From IMG/VR virus record IMGVR_UViG_3300012942_000016, positions 1 through 43,535 of that record: a stretch of 43,535 bases of DNA; one strand, 5' to 3'. Under the pieces are notes generated by a model, which saw nothing but the letters and a program-made list of their open reading frames with translations, did not search any database and was not told where the DNA came from. This document shows, one piece after another, positions 9,489-18,742 of the stretch. The stretch's first letter is position 1. Every line of letters starts with the position of its first letter. The translations under genes were made by a program, and so were the position numbers. This DNA is from a virus (Duplodnaviria > Caudoviricetes).

Positions 9489-10033
9489 ATATGAAAGACG
9501 TGATGATAGACATCGAGACGCTCGGCACGAGGCATGATGCCCTGATAGTGCAGATCGGCGCGGTGTACTTCGACCGTGAGACGGGAGAAAAGGGACGAGC
9601 GTTCGAGGTGAATATCGATTACCCGGATGAGCGCTCGATGCGCGAATACACGATCGACTTCGATACCATCAGATGGTGGATGTCTCAGGATATAGCAGCT
9701 CAGAATGCCGTGTTCGGCAAGAAAGGACGCCCTATCGGTGAAGCCATGCAAGAGCTCGCGATATTCCTGAGCGGAGCCGAACGCGTCTGGTCGCACGCGA
9801 CATTCGATATTCCGATTCTCGAGAACGCGTTTCGTGCGACCGGAGTCAGGAACCCCGTTCATTACAAGGGAATGCGCGATATCCGGACGCTCATGGACCT
9901 GTCAGGATACACCCATGACGGACCGCGTGGCGGGATACATCACATCGCGCTCGATGACGCGATCTATCAGGTCGGATACGTCGTCGGCGCGATAAGGAAG
10001 TTGAAGCATGAAACAGGTTATTCCGAATCCTGA
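9485..10033 (+). CDS. DEDDh 3'-5' exonuclease (Rv2179c-like)
   Basis: VMIDIETLG, ATFDIPIL, RDIRTL and HHIALDDA motifs; its ATG overlaps TGA 9486-9488. Confidence 0.85.
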   Translation: MNMKDVMIDIETLGTRHDALIVQIGAVYFDRETGEKGRAFEVNIDYPDERSMREYTIDFDTIRWWMSQDIAAQNAVFGKKGRPIGEAMQELAIFLSGAERVWSHATFDIPILENAFRATGVRNPVHYKGMRDIRTLMDLSGYTHDGPRGGIHHIALDDAIYQVGYVVGAIRKLKHETGYSES

Positions 10034-10250
10034 TCTCGTATCGGCCTCTCGGGCATTCGTCCCTGAGTTCGGGAATGACGGCGATCTCGCGCTCGTGGAC
10101 AGGATCTTCCGTCTCGAACAGGAATTGCGGACGGTCGACAATAACGTATTGCGCAATCATCCGGACCATCGGACGCCGAAGATGAAGGAGATCATCCGGA
10201 AGGAGGGACGGCTCATACGGGCGATACAGGATCGCATAATGGACTTCTGA
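10008..10250 (+). CDS. Hypothetical protein
   Basis: ORF in a tightly packed operon. Confidence 0.6.
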   Translation: MKQVIPNPDLVSASRAFVPEFGNDGDLALVDRIFRLEQELRTVDNNVLRNHPDHRTPKMKEIIRKEGRLIRAIQDRIMDF

Positions 10251-10251
10251 T

Positions 10252-10515
10252 ATGGAAAAGGGATTCACCAGCGCCGAGAAGATGATCTACGAGCTTCTCC
10301 TGAAGAATAAGAATCAGGTGACGACCATCGACGATATCGATTCGATTCTCCGTTCGATACGGAAAGCCGGAGTCATATCGAGCGAATGGAATTACGGAAA
10401 CCTCGTCGCCGTTCACATCCGGCACATCCGGAACAAGCTGCCGGTAGGCAAGTCCATCGAGACCGTGCGCGGGAAAGGCTACCGGCTCATTACAAGCAAA
10501 AGACGAAAATCATGA
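10252..10515 (+). CDS. Stand-alone OmpR/PhoB-type winged-helix DNA-binding domain
   Basis: FTSAEKMIYELL...LVAVHIRHIRNKL...IETVRGKGYRL matches the response-regulator C-terminal consensus. Confidence 0.85.
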   Translation: MEKGFTSAEKMIYELLLKNKNQVTTIDDIDSILRSIRKAGVISSEWNYGNLVAVHIRHIRNKLPVGKSIETVRGKGYRLITSKRRKS

Positions 10516-10703
10516 CTACCTTATTCACCGTTCTTACCGTCATCGGCGGCACCATCCTGCTCGTCCAGATGCTCGCGACGTTCTTCGGCTTCCTGATACA
10601 GGTAGTGGAAGACAGGGAATGGTCTTCGGTGCTGTTCCTTATCGGCCTTGTCCTTCTGTTCCTCGGGATCGCCGGTCATATCATCCTGAAATACCATGGC
10701 TAA
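10512..10703 (+). CDS. Two-TM membrane protein
   Basis: MTTLFTVLTVIGG... with two hydrophobic segments; ATGA overlap. Confidence 0.65.
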   Translation: MTTLFTVLTVIGGTILLVQMLATFFGFLIQVVEDREWSSVLFLIGLVLLFLGIAGHIILKYHG

Positions 10704-10854
10704 GAATCCTCTGGAAGAAATGTATCTACCATGCCCTGAAGACATCTGCGACGGCAGCGGCATGGTCTGGAACCCTGACCTCGGAGTCGAAGAAGCGTGC
10801 CTGTGCATGAAGGGCGATCCGTTCGATGTTGAGCCTAATGAACGGGAGATATGA
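10696..10854 (+). CDS. Small Cys-rich zinc-binding protein (52 aa, not in the ORF track)
   Basis: MAKNPLEEMYLPCPEDICDGSGMVW...ACLC; stop overlaps the next ATG. Confidence 0.55.
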   Translation: MAKNPLEEMYLPCPEDICDGSGMVWNPDLGVEEACLCMKGDPFDVEPNEREI

Positions 10855-11138
10855 CACACCAATCACTACGGCAGAGGGTGAGAAAAGAATTAAATAACGC
10901 AAGCAAAGAATATTCTTATAACAAAGAGCTTGGTCTGGAATGGACTCTTAAATATATAGACTGCCTCATCACCCTCATCTCCGAAGATACAAAGAAGGCC
11001 TGCTTGGATGCGTTGCCAAGTGAAGATAATGGTCTAGAAGATGAAGGTTTGAGTTTTAACAAAGGACATACGGCAGGATTCAATGACGCTATCAAGAAAT
11101 CCCGCACCGCCATTCAATCAGTAGATATAACTAAGTGA
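10851..11138 (+). CDS. Hypothetical protein
   Basis: AT-richer ORF with the GFNDAI motif seen in small phage proteins. Confidence 0.65.
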   Translation: MTHQSLRQRVRKELNNASKEYSYNKELGLEWTLKYIDCLITLISEDTKKACLDALPSEDNGLEDEGLSFNKGHTAGFNDAIKKSRTAIQSVDITK

Positions 11139-11139
11139 T

Positions 11140-11502
11140 ATGACCATCGAACACGCGATAAAGAAGGCATGTATAGGTGGCTGGAAAGAACTCTATATCG
11201 ACGCGCAGGACGGAATCACTGTTGACCATTCTCAGCAAATAGCATGGGGACGCACTTCAACCAACCTTGGTAGGCATCTACCACTTGCAGTCATATTTCT
11301 CGACCCCGCCTTCTGGAAGGCTCTCGGCAACGCTAATGGGTGGAACAGATACAACCCAGATGACGAGAGCCACGACTGCGATGCGCTTGGTTGTTCGTCC
11401 ATTGAGCATCGAATTCAAGGACGCTGGCGTATAGAAATGCACCGCCTCATAGACGCCCTCGCCGACGGGAAGAGCATTGAGGAATTCTTCGAGACGCTTT
11501 AA
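11140..11502 (+). CDS. Hypothetical protein
   Basis: IFLDPAFWKALG...MHRLIDALADGKSIEEFF. Confidence 0.7.
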   Translation: MTIEHAIKKACIGGWKELYIDAQDGITVDHSQQIAWGRTSTNLGRHLPLAVIFLDPAFWKALGNANGWNRYNPDDESHDCDALGCSSIEHRIQGRWRIEMHRLIDALADGKSIEEFFETL

Positions 11503-11530
11503 CAATAGTTAACCTATAGAAATACTCATC

Positions 11531-11842
11531 ATGGACTACGAACTAGCCGAAAAGCTGTACGATGCGGGATTCCGTCGTAAAGGACTCAGCGAGGAAGATA
11601 TACGCAACCTGGTGAATTATGAAGTCACGAAGGGCGACATCATACGAGCCATCATGATGACCGAACTCTCAGAACTCATCGAGGCTTGTGGCGAGGAATT
11701 TCATTCTGTTGGAAAAGAAGAAGAACATATAGAAGGATCCGAATGGATATCGATAGCTGACCATGACGGAATCATGGCCGAATACGGCTCAACCCCAGAG
11801 GAAGCCGTAGCTCGTCTACTGCTCGCAATTAAACGGTCATGA
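11531..11842 (+). CDS. Hypothetical protein
   Basis: MDYELAEKLYDAGF...LSELIEACG...TPEEAVARLLLA. Confidence 0.7.
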   Translation: MDYELAEKLYDAGFRRKGLSEEDIRNLVNYEVTKGDIIRAIMMTELSELIEACGEEFHSVGKEEEHIEGSEWISIADHDGIMAEYGSTPEEAVARLLLAIKRS

Positions 11843-12012
11843 AAAATCTCTTTTATGGACTCATAATCTTCACAGCGTATCTGACATACGTCGAAGAATA
11901 CATGCCGCTTGATTTCTTCTCCTTCAAGCACTTATTCGGCTTCCTATTCCTCGCGATGCCCTTTTATTGGCTGTTCTTGGAAGGAGTTGAGACGGTTTCA
12001 AATAAGAAATAG
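11839..12012 (+). CDS. Small membrane protein (57 aa, not in the ORF track)
   Basis: MKNLFYGLIIFTAYL...LFGFLFLAMPFYWLFL; ATGA overlap. Confidence 0.55.
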   Translation: MKNLFYGLIIFTAYLTYVEEYMPLDFFSFKHLFGFLFLAMPFYWLFLEGVETVSNKK

Positions 12013-12016
12013 AAAT

Positions 12017-12163
12017 ATGACAAAATCCCTGATCATCATCCTGTGCCTGATCTTCCTGCAAGTAGAATTCCTATTGCAGTTCCATATAAACCGTCTGAAC
12101 ATCTCGGCGTGGAAATCCCAGATTACTTTCAACCAGGCGGTCTTAGACAGATACTCCCGCTAG
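12017..12163 (+). CDS. Small membrane/secreted protein
   Basis: MTKSLIIILCLIFLQVEFLLQF. Confidence 0.5.
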   Translation: MTKSLIIILCLIFLQVEFLLQFHINRLNISAWKSQITFNQAVLDRYSR

Positions 12164-12227
12164 TGCACAATCCCGTTCCCGTGCCGCAGCAGGTGCTATC
12201 CTATCCTTAGGAGGATAGGAGGTCTTT

Positions 12228-12395
12228 ATGCGTCAATGCCTGAAATGCGGGACTCCGAGTTCCGATCTCATGTGCTCATGCGGATCCATGACGGTCAGCA
12301 TTCATCTCGTCGAACGGAGGCAGTTCCTGCTTCCTATCGCGCTTCCTCGAGAGGATCGGAACGGACAGCGAGAGCTTTTCAAGGAAGGGAGGTGA
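12228..12395 (+). CDS. Small zinc-ribbon protein (55 aa, not in the ORF track)
   Basis: MRQCLKCG...MCSCGS; preceded by extended -10 TGcTATCCT (12194-12202) and SD AGGAGG. Confidence 0.65.
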   Translation: MRQCLKCGTPSSDLMCSCGSMTVSIHLVERRQFLLPIALPREDRNGQRELFKEGR

Positions 12396-12405
12396 TCCAG
12401 CATCT

Positions 12406-12437
12406 GCCGGACGTCCTATGGCGTCCGGCTTCTTGTC
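12406..12437 (+). terminator. Hairpin gccggacgtc-ctat-ggcgtccggc followed by ttcttgt
   Basis: 10-bp stem with one G:U pair and a U-rich tail. Confidence 0.6.
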
Positions 12438-12478
12438 CACAAAAACCGGTTGACGGCGACAGCGACACAGCTTATCAT
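12433..12478 (+). promoter_or_regulatory. Promoter P2: DnaA-box-like 9-mer plus TTGACG-17-TATCAT with GCGACAGCGACA; leaderless ATG at 12485
   Basis: TTGTCCACA 12433-12441; -35 at 12450-12455; -10 at 12473-12478. Confidence 0.8.
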
Positions 12479-12484
12479 GGATGC

Positions 12485-13219
12485 ATGAGCGCTCGCTATC
12501 CGTCCATGATGCTTCCTCGAGGCTACCTCTCCTGGTCCCAGATGGATTGCTGGGTGAAGAGCCGGGACCGGTATGTCCGCGAATATTTCGAGGACGGAAA
12601 GAAGCTCGACACCCCGTATCTCAGGTTCGGCTCGAGATTCTCGAAGATGGTTGAGGAACTCTGCGAGATACTGAAGCGTCTTCCGAATCGCAGCCTCGCC
12701 ATCGCGGAGCTCAAAAAAAACTATCCCATGGATGAGAACATGGAAGCCGTTCTCATGGAGCTCGATATCGAAGGCATCTCCGAATACCAGATCGGCAATT
12801 CAGGCAAGGAGGGCGACACGACGCCAGTATGCAAGATACGCGGAGAGGTGCCGGTTCTCGCGTTTCTCGACAAGTACAGGAAAGATGGTGGAATCGGAGA
12901 ATACAAGACCGGTCTCGCTCCGTGGACGTCCGCGCGCGTGCAGAAGCACGGACAGCTTCCCTTCTACGGCGTAAGTCTGAAATACAGCGCTCATCCGCTT
13001 CCTGGATACGCCGAGGTGCACTGGATCCCGACTGAAGAGAAAGAGACTGAGCGGAAGGACTTCTGGCGTGACGGTGAGAAGGTCATTCTCGCGAAAGGGA
13101 CCATAAAGACGTTCCGGCGCGAGTTCGACGAGCGCGAGTTCGACCGGATGGAAGAAGCGATCGTCCGAGTCGCATACGAGATATCGGACGCTTATCAGGA
13201 TTACATAGCGAACTTATAG
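12485..13219 (+). CDS. PD-(D/E)XK exonuclease (RecB/Cas4-like recombination nuclease)
   Basis: LSWSQ, FLD..., EYKTG and QLPFY motifs; start re-assigned to 12485, directly after promoter P2. Confidence 0.8.
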   Translation: MSARYPSMMLPRGYLSWSQMDCWVKSRDRYVREYFEDGKKLDTPYLRFGSRFSKMVEELCEILKRLPNRSLAIAELKKNYPMDENMEAVLMELDIEGISEYQIGNSGKEGDTTPVCKIRGEVPVLAFLDKYRKDGGIGEYKTGLAPWTSARVQKHGQLPFYGVSLKYSAHPLPGYAEVHWIPTEEKETERKDFWRDGEKVILAKGTIKTFRREFDEREFDRMEEAIVRVAYEISDAYQDYIANL

Positions 13220-13221
13220 AT

Positions 13222-13380
13222 ATGGTCATGAAATTTCCCAGGTTCGGAGATCCCGGCAACTATCCTGCGCCGAAGCGCGACAGGAAGCCGTCAGCGGCCC
13301 GGGCCTCTTCGGATCCTTCGAAGGCAGAACAGCCTTCGAACCTTAAGAAAGCGTTCGGATTACCAAAGAAAATCAAATGA
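13222..13380 (+). CDS. Small basic hypothetical protein (not in the ORF track)
   Basis: 52-codon ORF that fills the gap between its neighbours. Confidence 0.45.
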   Translation: MVMKFPRFGDPGNYPAPKRDRKPSAARASSDPSKAEQPSNLKKAFGLPKKIK

Positions 13381-13381
13381 T

Positions 13382-13666
13382 ATGACTCAAGCAGAAATAC
13401 AGGAATCATCGAAGAAGAAGCTCGACAAGCTCATGAAGCTCGCCGAAGAACTGCAGCTCACCTGCCAGAGCAAGCAGCAGGTGAATCTCCAGACCGGCAT
13501 CATCGAGAACGTCGTGTTCTGGACGGACAATGAAAAATATCCCGTATTCTCAACCGAGCAGGCAGACGCGCGAGCGGCTGAGAAGGAACCGGAAGAAGCG
13601 CAAAAAGTAGAGAGCGAAGACGTGCTTCCGAAAGTCGACCTGGACGCGCCGAAAGACCATGCTTAG
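13382..13666 (+). CDS. Hypothetical protein
   Basis: ORF in the operon. Confidence 0.7.
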   Translation: MTQAEIQESSKKKLDKLMKLAEELQLTCQSKQQVNLQTGIIENVVFWTDNEKYPVFSTEQADARAAEKEPEEAQKVESEDVLPKVDLDAPKDHA

Positions 13667-13886
13667 GTTCCCGTCCTTCGGAAAGAAGAAGCTCCTCCTT
13701 GCGTTCGAATACGGCCTCGTGCTGTCCGAGACAGCGAGAAGCAGGGGCATCGAGCTCACCGCAGAGCACGTCGAGAGAGCGGAGACGATGCTCATAAACG
13801 AGTTCCAGAGCTTCAACGCGTCCCGCCTCGCCGGGCACATGGTGCCGAACATCATGACCGTATTCGAGATCGATGTCACGAAGTAG
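13659..13886 (+). CDS. Hypothetical protein
   Basis: Last + strand ORF before the convergent terminator. Confidence 0.65.
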   Translation: MLRFPSFGKKKLLLAFEYGLVLSETARSRGIELTAEHVERAETMLINEFQSFNASRLAGHMVPNIMTVFEIDVTK

Positions 13887-13925
13887 TCCGCGAATCCCTC
13901 GAGGAAATATAAAATGCGGACCGGC

Positions 13926-13957
13926 AGAAGCCCCCATCTTGGGGGCTTCTTGCTTTC
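13926..13957. terminator. Terminator between the convergent arms
   Basis: agaagccccca-tct-tgggggcttct followed by tgcttt. Confidence 0.8.
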
Positions 13958-16100
13958 AGAACTCGATATCTTTCAGGCTCTTCTTCGGCTTGCCTGCCTG
14001 TATGACCGGAAGCGTCTCTCTGCGTCTCGGACCCTTCCCTGCGCGTATGCCTGGCAGCTCGCTGGCCGGCACGTACGGCCCCTGGCCGTTCTCTTGTATG
14101 TATTGAATGAGCTTGCGTCGATCTGCTTCCGTGCGTCCGCTTCTCGGCGCTTTCGCACGCCCCTGCTCTACCGCAGTGAGGTCGATGGCCTCGTCCTTGT
14201 CCGGCACGACCGTTCCTTTCGGCGTCACGTGCATCGTCGCTGCTTTCTTTCCGAATGCGCTCTCTCCCATCGCAGGGAGCGCCTTGCGCTGGAGACGCGC
14301 AACCTCCATCGCGCCGAGGTGCTCCTTGAGAGCACTATACGCTGCCGGTTCCTCTATCTCGAGACGGTCGAGCACGGCTCCCTTGAGCGGATTCGGTACC
14401 GCATCGAATCCCTTGAAGAGCGCGTCGCCGAGCTGGCCGCCCGCGAGGAACCCGGCGAATCCTCCCACGTTCCCGCCGAGGGAAGCGCCGAGCGCCTTTC
14501 CGAAGAGACGCACCGCTTTCTTCGTGATACCGGCTGGCACTTTCTTCCCATGAAGTGCCCTGAGATACGACGCGAGACGGAAATTCTTCTCGAATTCTCG
14601 GCGCATGTCCGTGAATTCGTCATCCTTCGGCGCGCGCGAATCGAACAGGTCGCGGAACGTCGATTCCTCGAGCCGCGCGAGACGCGCTTTCTCCTGCGTC
14701 GGAGGCGCTTCCTTCCCCGGCTTGTATTTCCCGCGCGTGGCAGCCTCGATGCGCGAATCATGCAGGTTCGTGAGCGTGTATCCGTGTTTCCGTGCCTTCC
14801 CCGTCGCCGAATCGGGAGCATACTTCTTTTCGATATCATCGATGAGCTTGGACTTCTCCTCCACGCCGTACACTGAATCCGGCGTGTTCGCGACTTTGCG
14901 GATAAGCGCCTCTTTCACTTCTTGTACCGGCACGCGTTGCGTCTCCCCTTCAGCCTCCCGTATCGCTGCGCGGTACGGCTTGTTCCAGTCGGTGTATACC
15001 TTCTTTTCAAGCTGCCGTACAGCATCTTTCGTATTGTATTTCCCGCTATCTCCGATGAGCTTATCGTGCTGGACTCCGCGCTCGTTTCCCACGTCCTCGA
15101 GATTTATCCCGTGAGCCTTCGCATCGTTATAGATCGCGGTAGCGTTCGCGTATCCCGGCTCGTTTATCGTCGTCGGGCGCGCGAGGTCGGCCTTGTTCAC
15201 GTTCAGGTAGTGCTGCACCGGATTGAGATTCGGATACTCTTTCGCGAGCGTGTCGCGCACCGTTCTTCCTGCGGCCGATGCCCCTTTCCCGATAGTCGTA
15301 TCGACGCCCTGCAGGCCGTTCGCGATGGCGGCCGATGGCTTGGCGGCGATGCCTCCGAGCAGCTCATGGTCGGCCATGAACTTCGTTATCGCACCTGCGC
15401 CTCCGGCCGCGACGTCCTTGAGCGTCTGAGGCGTTATCGTCCCCACGACCCTCCCTGCGCCGTTCAGGAGCGGCTTGCCGATGAGCTCGAGCGCCTTTCC
15501 CCCTGCGCCCGCGAGCGCGGCATCGAAAGCGGTCTTCGTGCTGAACAGGTCGTTCCCCTGCTCGAGGGACGACCCCGCGCCGAAGAGCGCGCCACCGGCG
15601 ATAGGCGCGCCGGAACCGAGCGCGACCGTCTCGGCCGCCCGTCCCACGTCCTTCTTCACGTCCTTGAAGTTCTCCGGCACGGGAGCGACCAGGCTGCCGA
15701 ATAGCGGCACCTTCTTGGTCGCAGCATTGATAGCTTCGGGATCTACCTGACCGGTCGTTGCAAGCTGACCCAGCTCTGCTATCGCCTGGACCGGCCGCGC
15801 TATGAGCGTCGCAGGAGCGCTGAATATCCCTTTCGCGAACGACGCGAGCGCGGACGGCTCTTTCGGTATCTCGGTCTTTCCGGATACCGGCTTTCCTGAA
15901 TCCCGGTCTTTCCGGTACGTCGCCAATGCCTCGCCTATCGACTCGTCAGATGACGCGTCCGGATTCTGCGAAGGAGCTGGCGCAGGCGCTTGTGCGGGCG
16001 CAGGCGATGCCGCAGCGGGCACGCCGAGCTTCGTCGCCCGGTACTTGAGGATATCCTGCTGCATCTGCTGTATCGATTTCGTCGGTGTGGTGGTTGCCAT
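13956..16100 (-). CDS. Putative internal virion/DNA ejection protein
   Basis: 714 aa, Ala/Gly-rich, last gene of a podovirus-like structural arm. Confidence 0.6.
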   Translation of the reverse strand: MATTTPTKSIQQMQQDILKYRATKLGVPAAASPAPAQAPAPAPSQNPDASSDESIGEALATYRKDRDSGKPVSGKTEIPKEPSALASFAKGIFSAPATLIARPVQAIAELGQLATTGQVDPEAINAATKKVPLFGSLVAPVPENFKDVKKDVGRAAETVALGSGAPIAGGALFGAGSSLEQGNDLFSTKTAFDAALAGAGGKALELIGKPLLNGAGRVVGTITPQTLKDVAAGGAGAITKFMADHELLGGIAAKPSAAIANGLQGVDTTIGKGASAAGRTVRDTLAKEYPNLNPVQHYLNVNKADLARPTTINEPGYANATAIYNDAKAHGINLEDVGNERGVQHDKLIGDSGKYNTKDAVRQLEKKVYTDWNKPYRAAIREAEGETQRVPVQEVKEALIRKVANTPDSVYGVEEKSKLIDDIEKKYAPDSATGKARKHGYTLTNLHDSRIEAATRGKYKPGKEAPPTQEKARLARLEESTFRDLFDSRAPKDDEFTDMRREFEKNFRLASYLRALHGKKVPAGITKKAVRLFGKALGASLGGNVGGFAGFLAGGQLGDALFKGFDAVPNPLKGAVLDRLEIEEPAAYSALKEHLGAMEVARLQRKALPAMGESAFGKKAATMHVTPKGTVVPDKDEAIDLTAVEQGRAKAPRSGRTEADRRKLIQYIQENGQGPYVPASELPGIRAGKGPRRRETLPVIQAGKPKKSLKDIEF

Positions 16101-16103
16101 AGA

Positions 16104-17930
16104 TTATGCGTAAAAGCCTTCCTGCGTGGCGATTGCCTGGGCAAGTCGGTCTATCGGGACTGACTTCGTCTTCGTCGAAGCCGGGACGCCGAGTATCGAC
16201 GCGACGCGAGCGCCCCAATTCGGATCCTCCGCGTACACGCTCCCGAGCTGCGCGATGGTCGGATTCGCCGGGAGATGGCTCGAGCCTCCGTTTATCTTAG
16301 CAGTAAGATCGGCCGTGAGCGCCTTGAAGCCATCGGCAGGGGACGCGAATATCAGATGGCCGTACTGGTCTTTCCCTACGGCGAGGCTGTCAGCGATGCC
16401 GCCTGCTTTCACGTCGCCCGGGTTGTTGTTTCTCTGAGGGATGTTTCCGGAAGCTGTCGTGTTTCCAACGCTAGCTTTTCCCGACCCACCGCCGGATTCC
16501 TGCTGGTCATACGCGCGTATCTGGTCCGGAGAATACCCCTGCTGCGAGAGATACTGCACCTCGTCGTCCGTGAGCGATTTCGTCTGGCCGACCTCGAGCC
16601 GGACCTCGAGCTTGTGCAGCTGGTCCTTGAACTGCTCCGGAGAGAGGTTCGTGCGCCCGTTTGCGTTGATGCCGAGCGCCGACGACGCGTCGCCGAGCAC
16701 GCGGAACTCGAAATCGGAAATCTGTCCCTGCCCTTTGAGCTGCTGGCGGTTCGCGAGCGAGAGCACGGACTGCAGCTGCTTGGCAAGGTTCTGCGTGTTC
16801 TGCACATCGGTGCCGGGGAAGAGCGAGCTCGGATGCTCGACGGATCCGATGAGTCCGGTTCCTGAAAGGCCGCCGAGCTTGTCATCGCCGAGGCCCTGCA
16901 ATTGCCGTATGATGCCGAGCGCGTCAATCGATGTCTTCGAGAGCGGCGCGTTCGAAGAGGTCTGCGAGAGGCCTTGCGCCACGAGATTCTTGTAATCGGC
17001 CGGAACATCGGTCATCTTGAGCGTGCCAGCCTGGATGCCTTGCACGTACGCGTCCGCTGTCGGGTCGGTCCCTGGCGTATACGCTCCCGTACCGGTACCC
17101 GTATCGCTCGGTATGCCGACCGCTATCGGATTCCCGTCCGCGTCATATCTGACTTCATCCTTCCCGAGCGTGAACGGCTGGGCTGCCTGCGCGGCTGCGG
17201 CGTCGGATGCCTGCTTGTCCTGCACCTTCGTGAGCGCCGTATCGAGCGCCGGGTCGTAGATGCCCGAATACGCCTTCTCGATAGCGGAGAGCTCTTCAGG
17301 GGTGTACGCGATGCCGGACTGCGCCGCTACCTTGTACGGATCCGTCTCGCCGACCGCGATGTCGTTCCGAGCATTGTTGATTCGGCGTGCCTCGGTCTCA
17401 GCTTGCGCGGTCGTCTGGCCGTTCCCGCCGAATTGCTCGAGAGAGAGCGTGCCGATGTCCGGATTCTCATGCGCCGCGCGCAAGGAAGACCCTACGCCGG
17501 ACGCTATCTCGTCCGGCGTCTTGAACGATCCGTCCGCGTTCAGGTATGCAGGGGGTATCGATACCGAATTCCCTGACGGGTTCGAATCGGTCGAGATGGG
17601 TGCGCCGAACAATTGAGCGTTCCCGTTCCCGTTCCCTTGGCTGTCGCGAGCGGCGGCTGCGGCGGATCCTTGCGCATACAGCTCGTCGAAAGACGGAGAG
17701 GGAGCCGAGGCCGTACCGTTCTGTGCTGCTTGGGCTGCCGCTACTCCTGGCGGAGTGATAGCACCAGCTTTCTTGCGCAAAGCGTCAAGCGGAGAAAGCG
17801 TCAGGTTCTTCGATACCGAGAGAAGCGGACTATTCGAAGGAATCGAGAGACCGGCGCTCGGCGTCGTCGAGAAGCCACCTCCGGGATTCGATATCGCATT
17901 GTAGATGCTGCTGAGCCGTTGTCGTGCCAT
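16104..17930 (-). CDS. Putative ejection protein with a C-terminal lysozyme-like domain
   Basis: RNNNPGDVK...FASPADGFKAL...TIAQLGSVYA...AIATQEG; LKGQGQISDFE motif. Confidence 0.6.
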   Translation of the reverse strand: MARQRLSSIYNAISNPGGGFSTTPSAGLSIPSNSPLLSVSKNLTLSPLDALRKKAGAITPPGVAAAQAAQNGTASAPSPSFDELYAQGSAAAAARDSQGNGNGNAQLFGAPISTDSNPSGNSVSIPPAYLNADGSFKTPDEIASGVGSSLRAAHENPDIGTLSLEQFGGNGQTTAQAETEARRINNARNDIAVGETDPYKVAAQSGIAYTPEELSAIEKAYSGIYDPALDTALTKVQDKQASDAAAAQAAQPFTLGKDEVRYDADGNPIAVGIPSDTGTGTGAYTPGTDPTADAYVQGIQAGTLKMTDVPADYKNLVAQGLSQTSSNAPLSKTSIDALGIIRQLQGLGDDKLGGLSGTGLIGSVEHPSSLFPGTDVQNTQNLAKQLQSVLSLANRQQLKGQGQISDFEFRVLGDASSALGINANGRTNLSPEQFKDQLHKLEVRLEVGQTKSLTDDEVQYLSQQGYSPDQIRAYDQQESGGGSGKASVGNTTASGNIPQRNNNPGDVKAGGIADSLAVGKDQYGHLIFASPADGFKALTADLTAKINGGSSHLPANPTIAQLGSVYAEDPNWGARVASILGVPASTKTKSVPIDRLAQAIATQEGFYA

Positions 17931-17935
17931 ACGCC

Positions 17936-18742
17936 TTAGAATTGATTCTTATAACCGGTCAATGCGAGCTTGTTCGCCTTGTTCGCGAGGATGCCAGCCG
18001 CTCTCGTCTGTATCGCCGCCTTCTGAGCGACCGGCTGCGTTCCCTGGAACGTATACGCGCTCGGATTGTATACCGATGAAAGAGGACTCGAAGTCACTTT
18101 CCCTCCCGCGACGTTCGGATTGTACGAACTCGCTCCCGGAAGGCGGTAATACGAGCTCAACGAATCGGCGTTTCCGTTCCCGTACTGGTACTGGTAATTG
18201 CGCGCCGCACTCGATATGCCGGACGCTTCCGCAGCGCGTTCGCGCTCGTCCGCCGTGCGGTAATCAGTCGCGAGGTCGCTCAGCCCTTTTACCCTGCTTC
18301 CGGAATATAGCGTCCCGTTCGTCGCCGCGCTCTGGTCGAGCGCGTCCTTGTCCTTGCCGAACTGCCGTCCCTGTTCGTCCTCGAAATCCGAATACTCGCG
18401 CTGGATGTTCCCGAGCGCGTCCTGCGCATTCGCGGTATCGTATTGCTCCTGCGCCTTATACGCTGGCGCGAGCGCTTTCGTTGCTTCGGCTACGGCCGCC
18501 TTCTGCTGCGTCGGCGAGAACGGCGTGCCGTTCAGCGAACTCACTCCCGACCAGTCGCCGGTCTGATAGGCGTTCAGTATCGTGTCGGCCGAATTGCCGC
18601 CTGCGTACTTCCGGACTTCCGGATTGGCAGCGACGGCCTTCGAGACCGCTCTCGACATTGCGGAAAGAGTATTCGAGTCGAACACTCCCGTCGCGGGGAC
18701 GCCGAGGCTGTTCTGAAGCTGGATGATTGTTTGCGGGTTCAT
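17936..18742 (-). CDS. Putative ejection/internal virion protein
   Basis: Gln/Ala/Ser-rich; N-terminal LQNSLGVPATGVFDSNT resembles a PG-binding helix. Confidence 0.55.
   Translation of the reverse strand: MNPQTIIQLQNSLGVPATGVFDSNTLSAMSRAVSKAVAANPEVRKYAGGNSADTILNAYQTGDWSGVSSLNGTPFSPTQQKAAVAEATKALAPAYKAQEQYDTANAQDALGNIQREYSDFEDEQGRQFGKDKDALDQSAATNGTLYSGSRVKGLSDLATDYRTADERERAAEASGISSAARNYQYQYGNGNADSLSSYYRLPGASSYNPNVAGGKVTSSPLSSVYNPSAYTFQGTQPVAQKAAIQTRAAGILANKANKLALTGYKNQF

Noticed and set aside
12236-12484. N-terminal 83-aa extension of the PD-(D/E)XK nuclease in the ORF track
   Set aside because: It overlaps a better SD-led ORF, a terminator and promoter P2; the start at 12485 fits better.
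12485-13219. Cas4 of a CRISPR system
   Set aside because: It lacks the four-Cys Fe-S cluster pattern and any cas context; a generic recombination exonuclease fits better.
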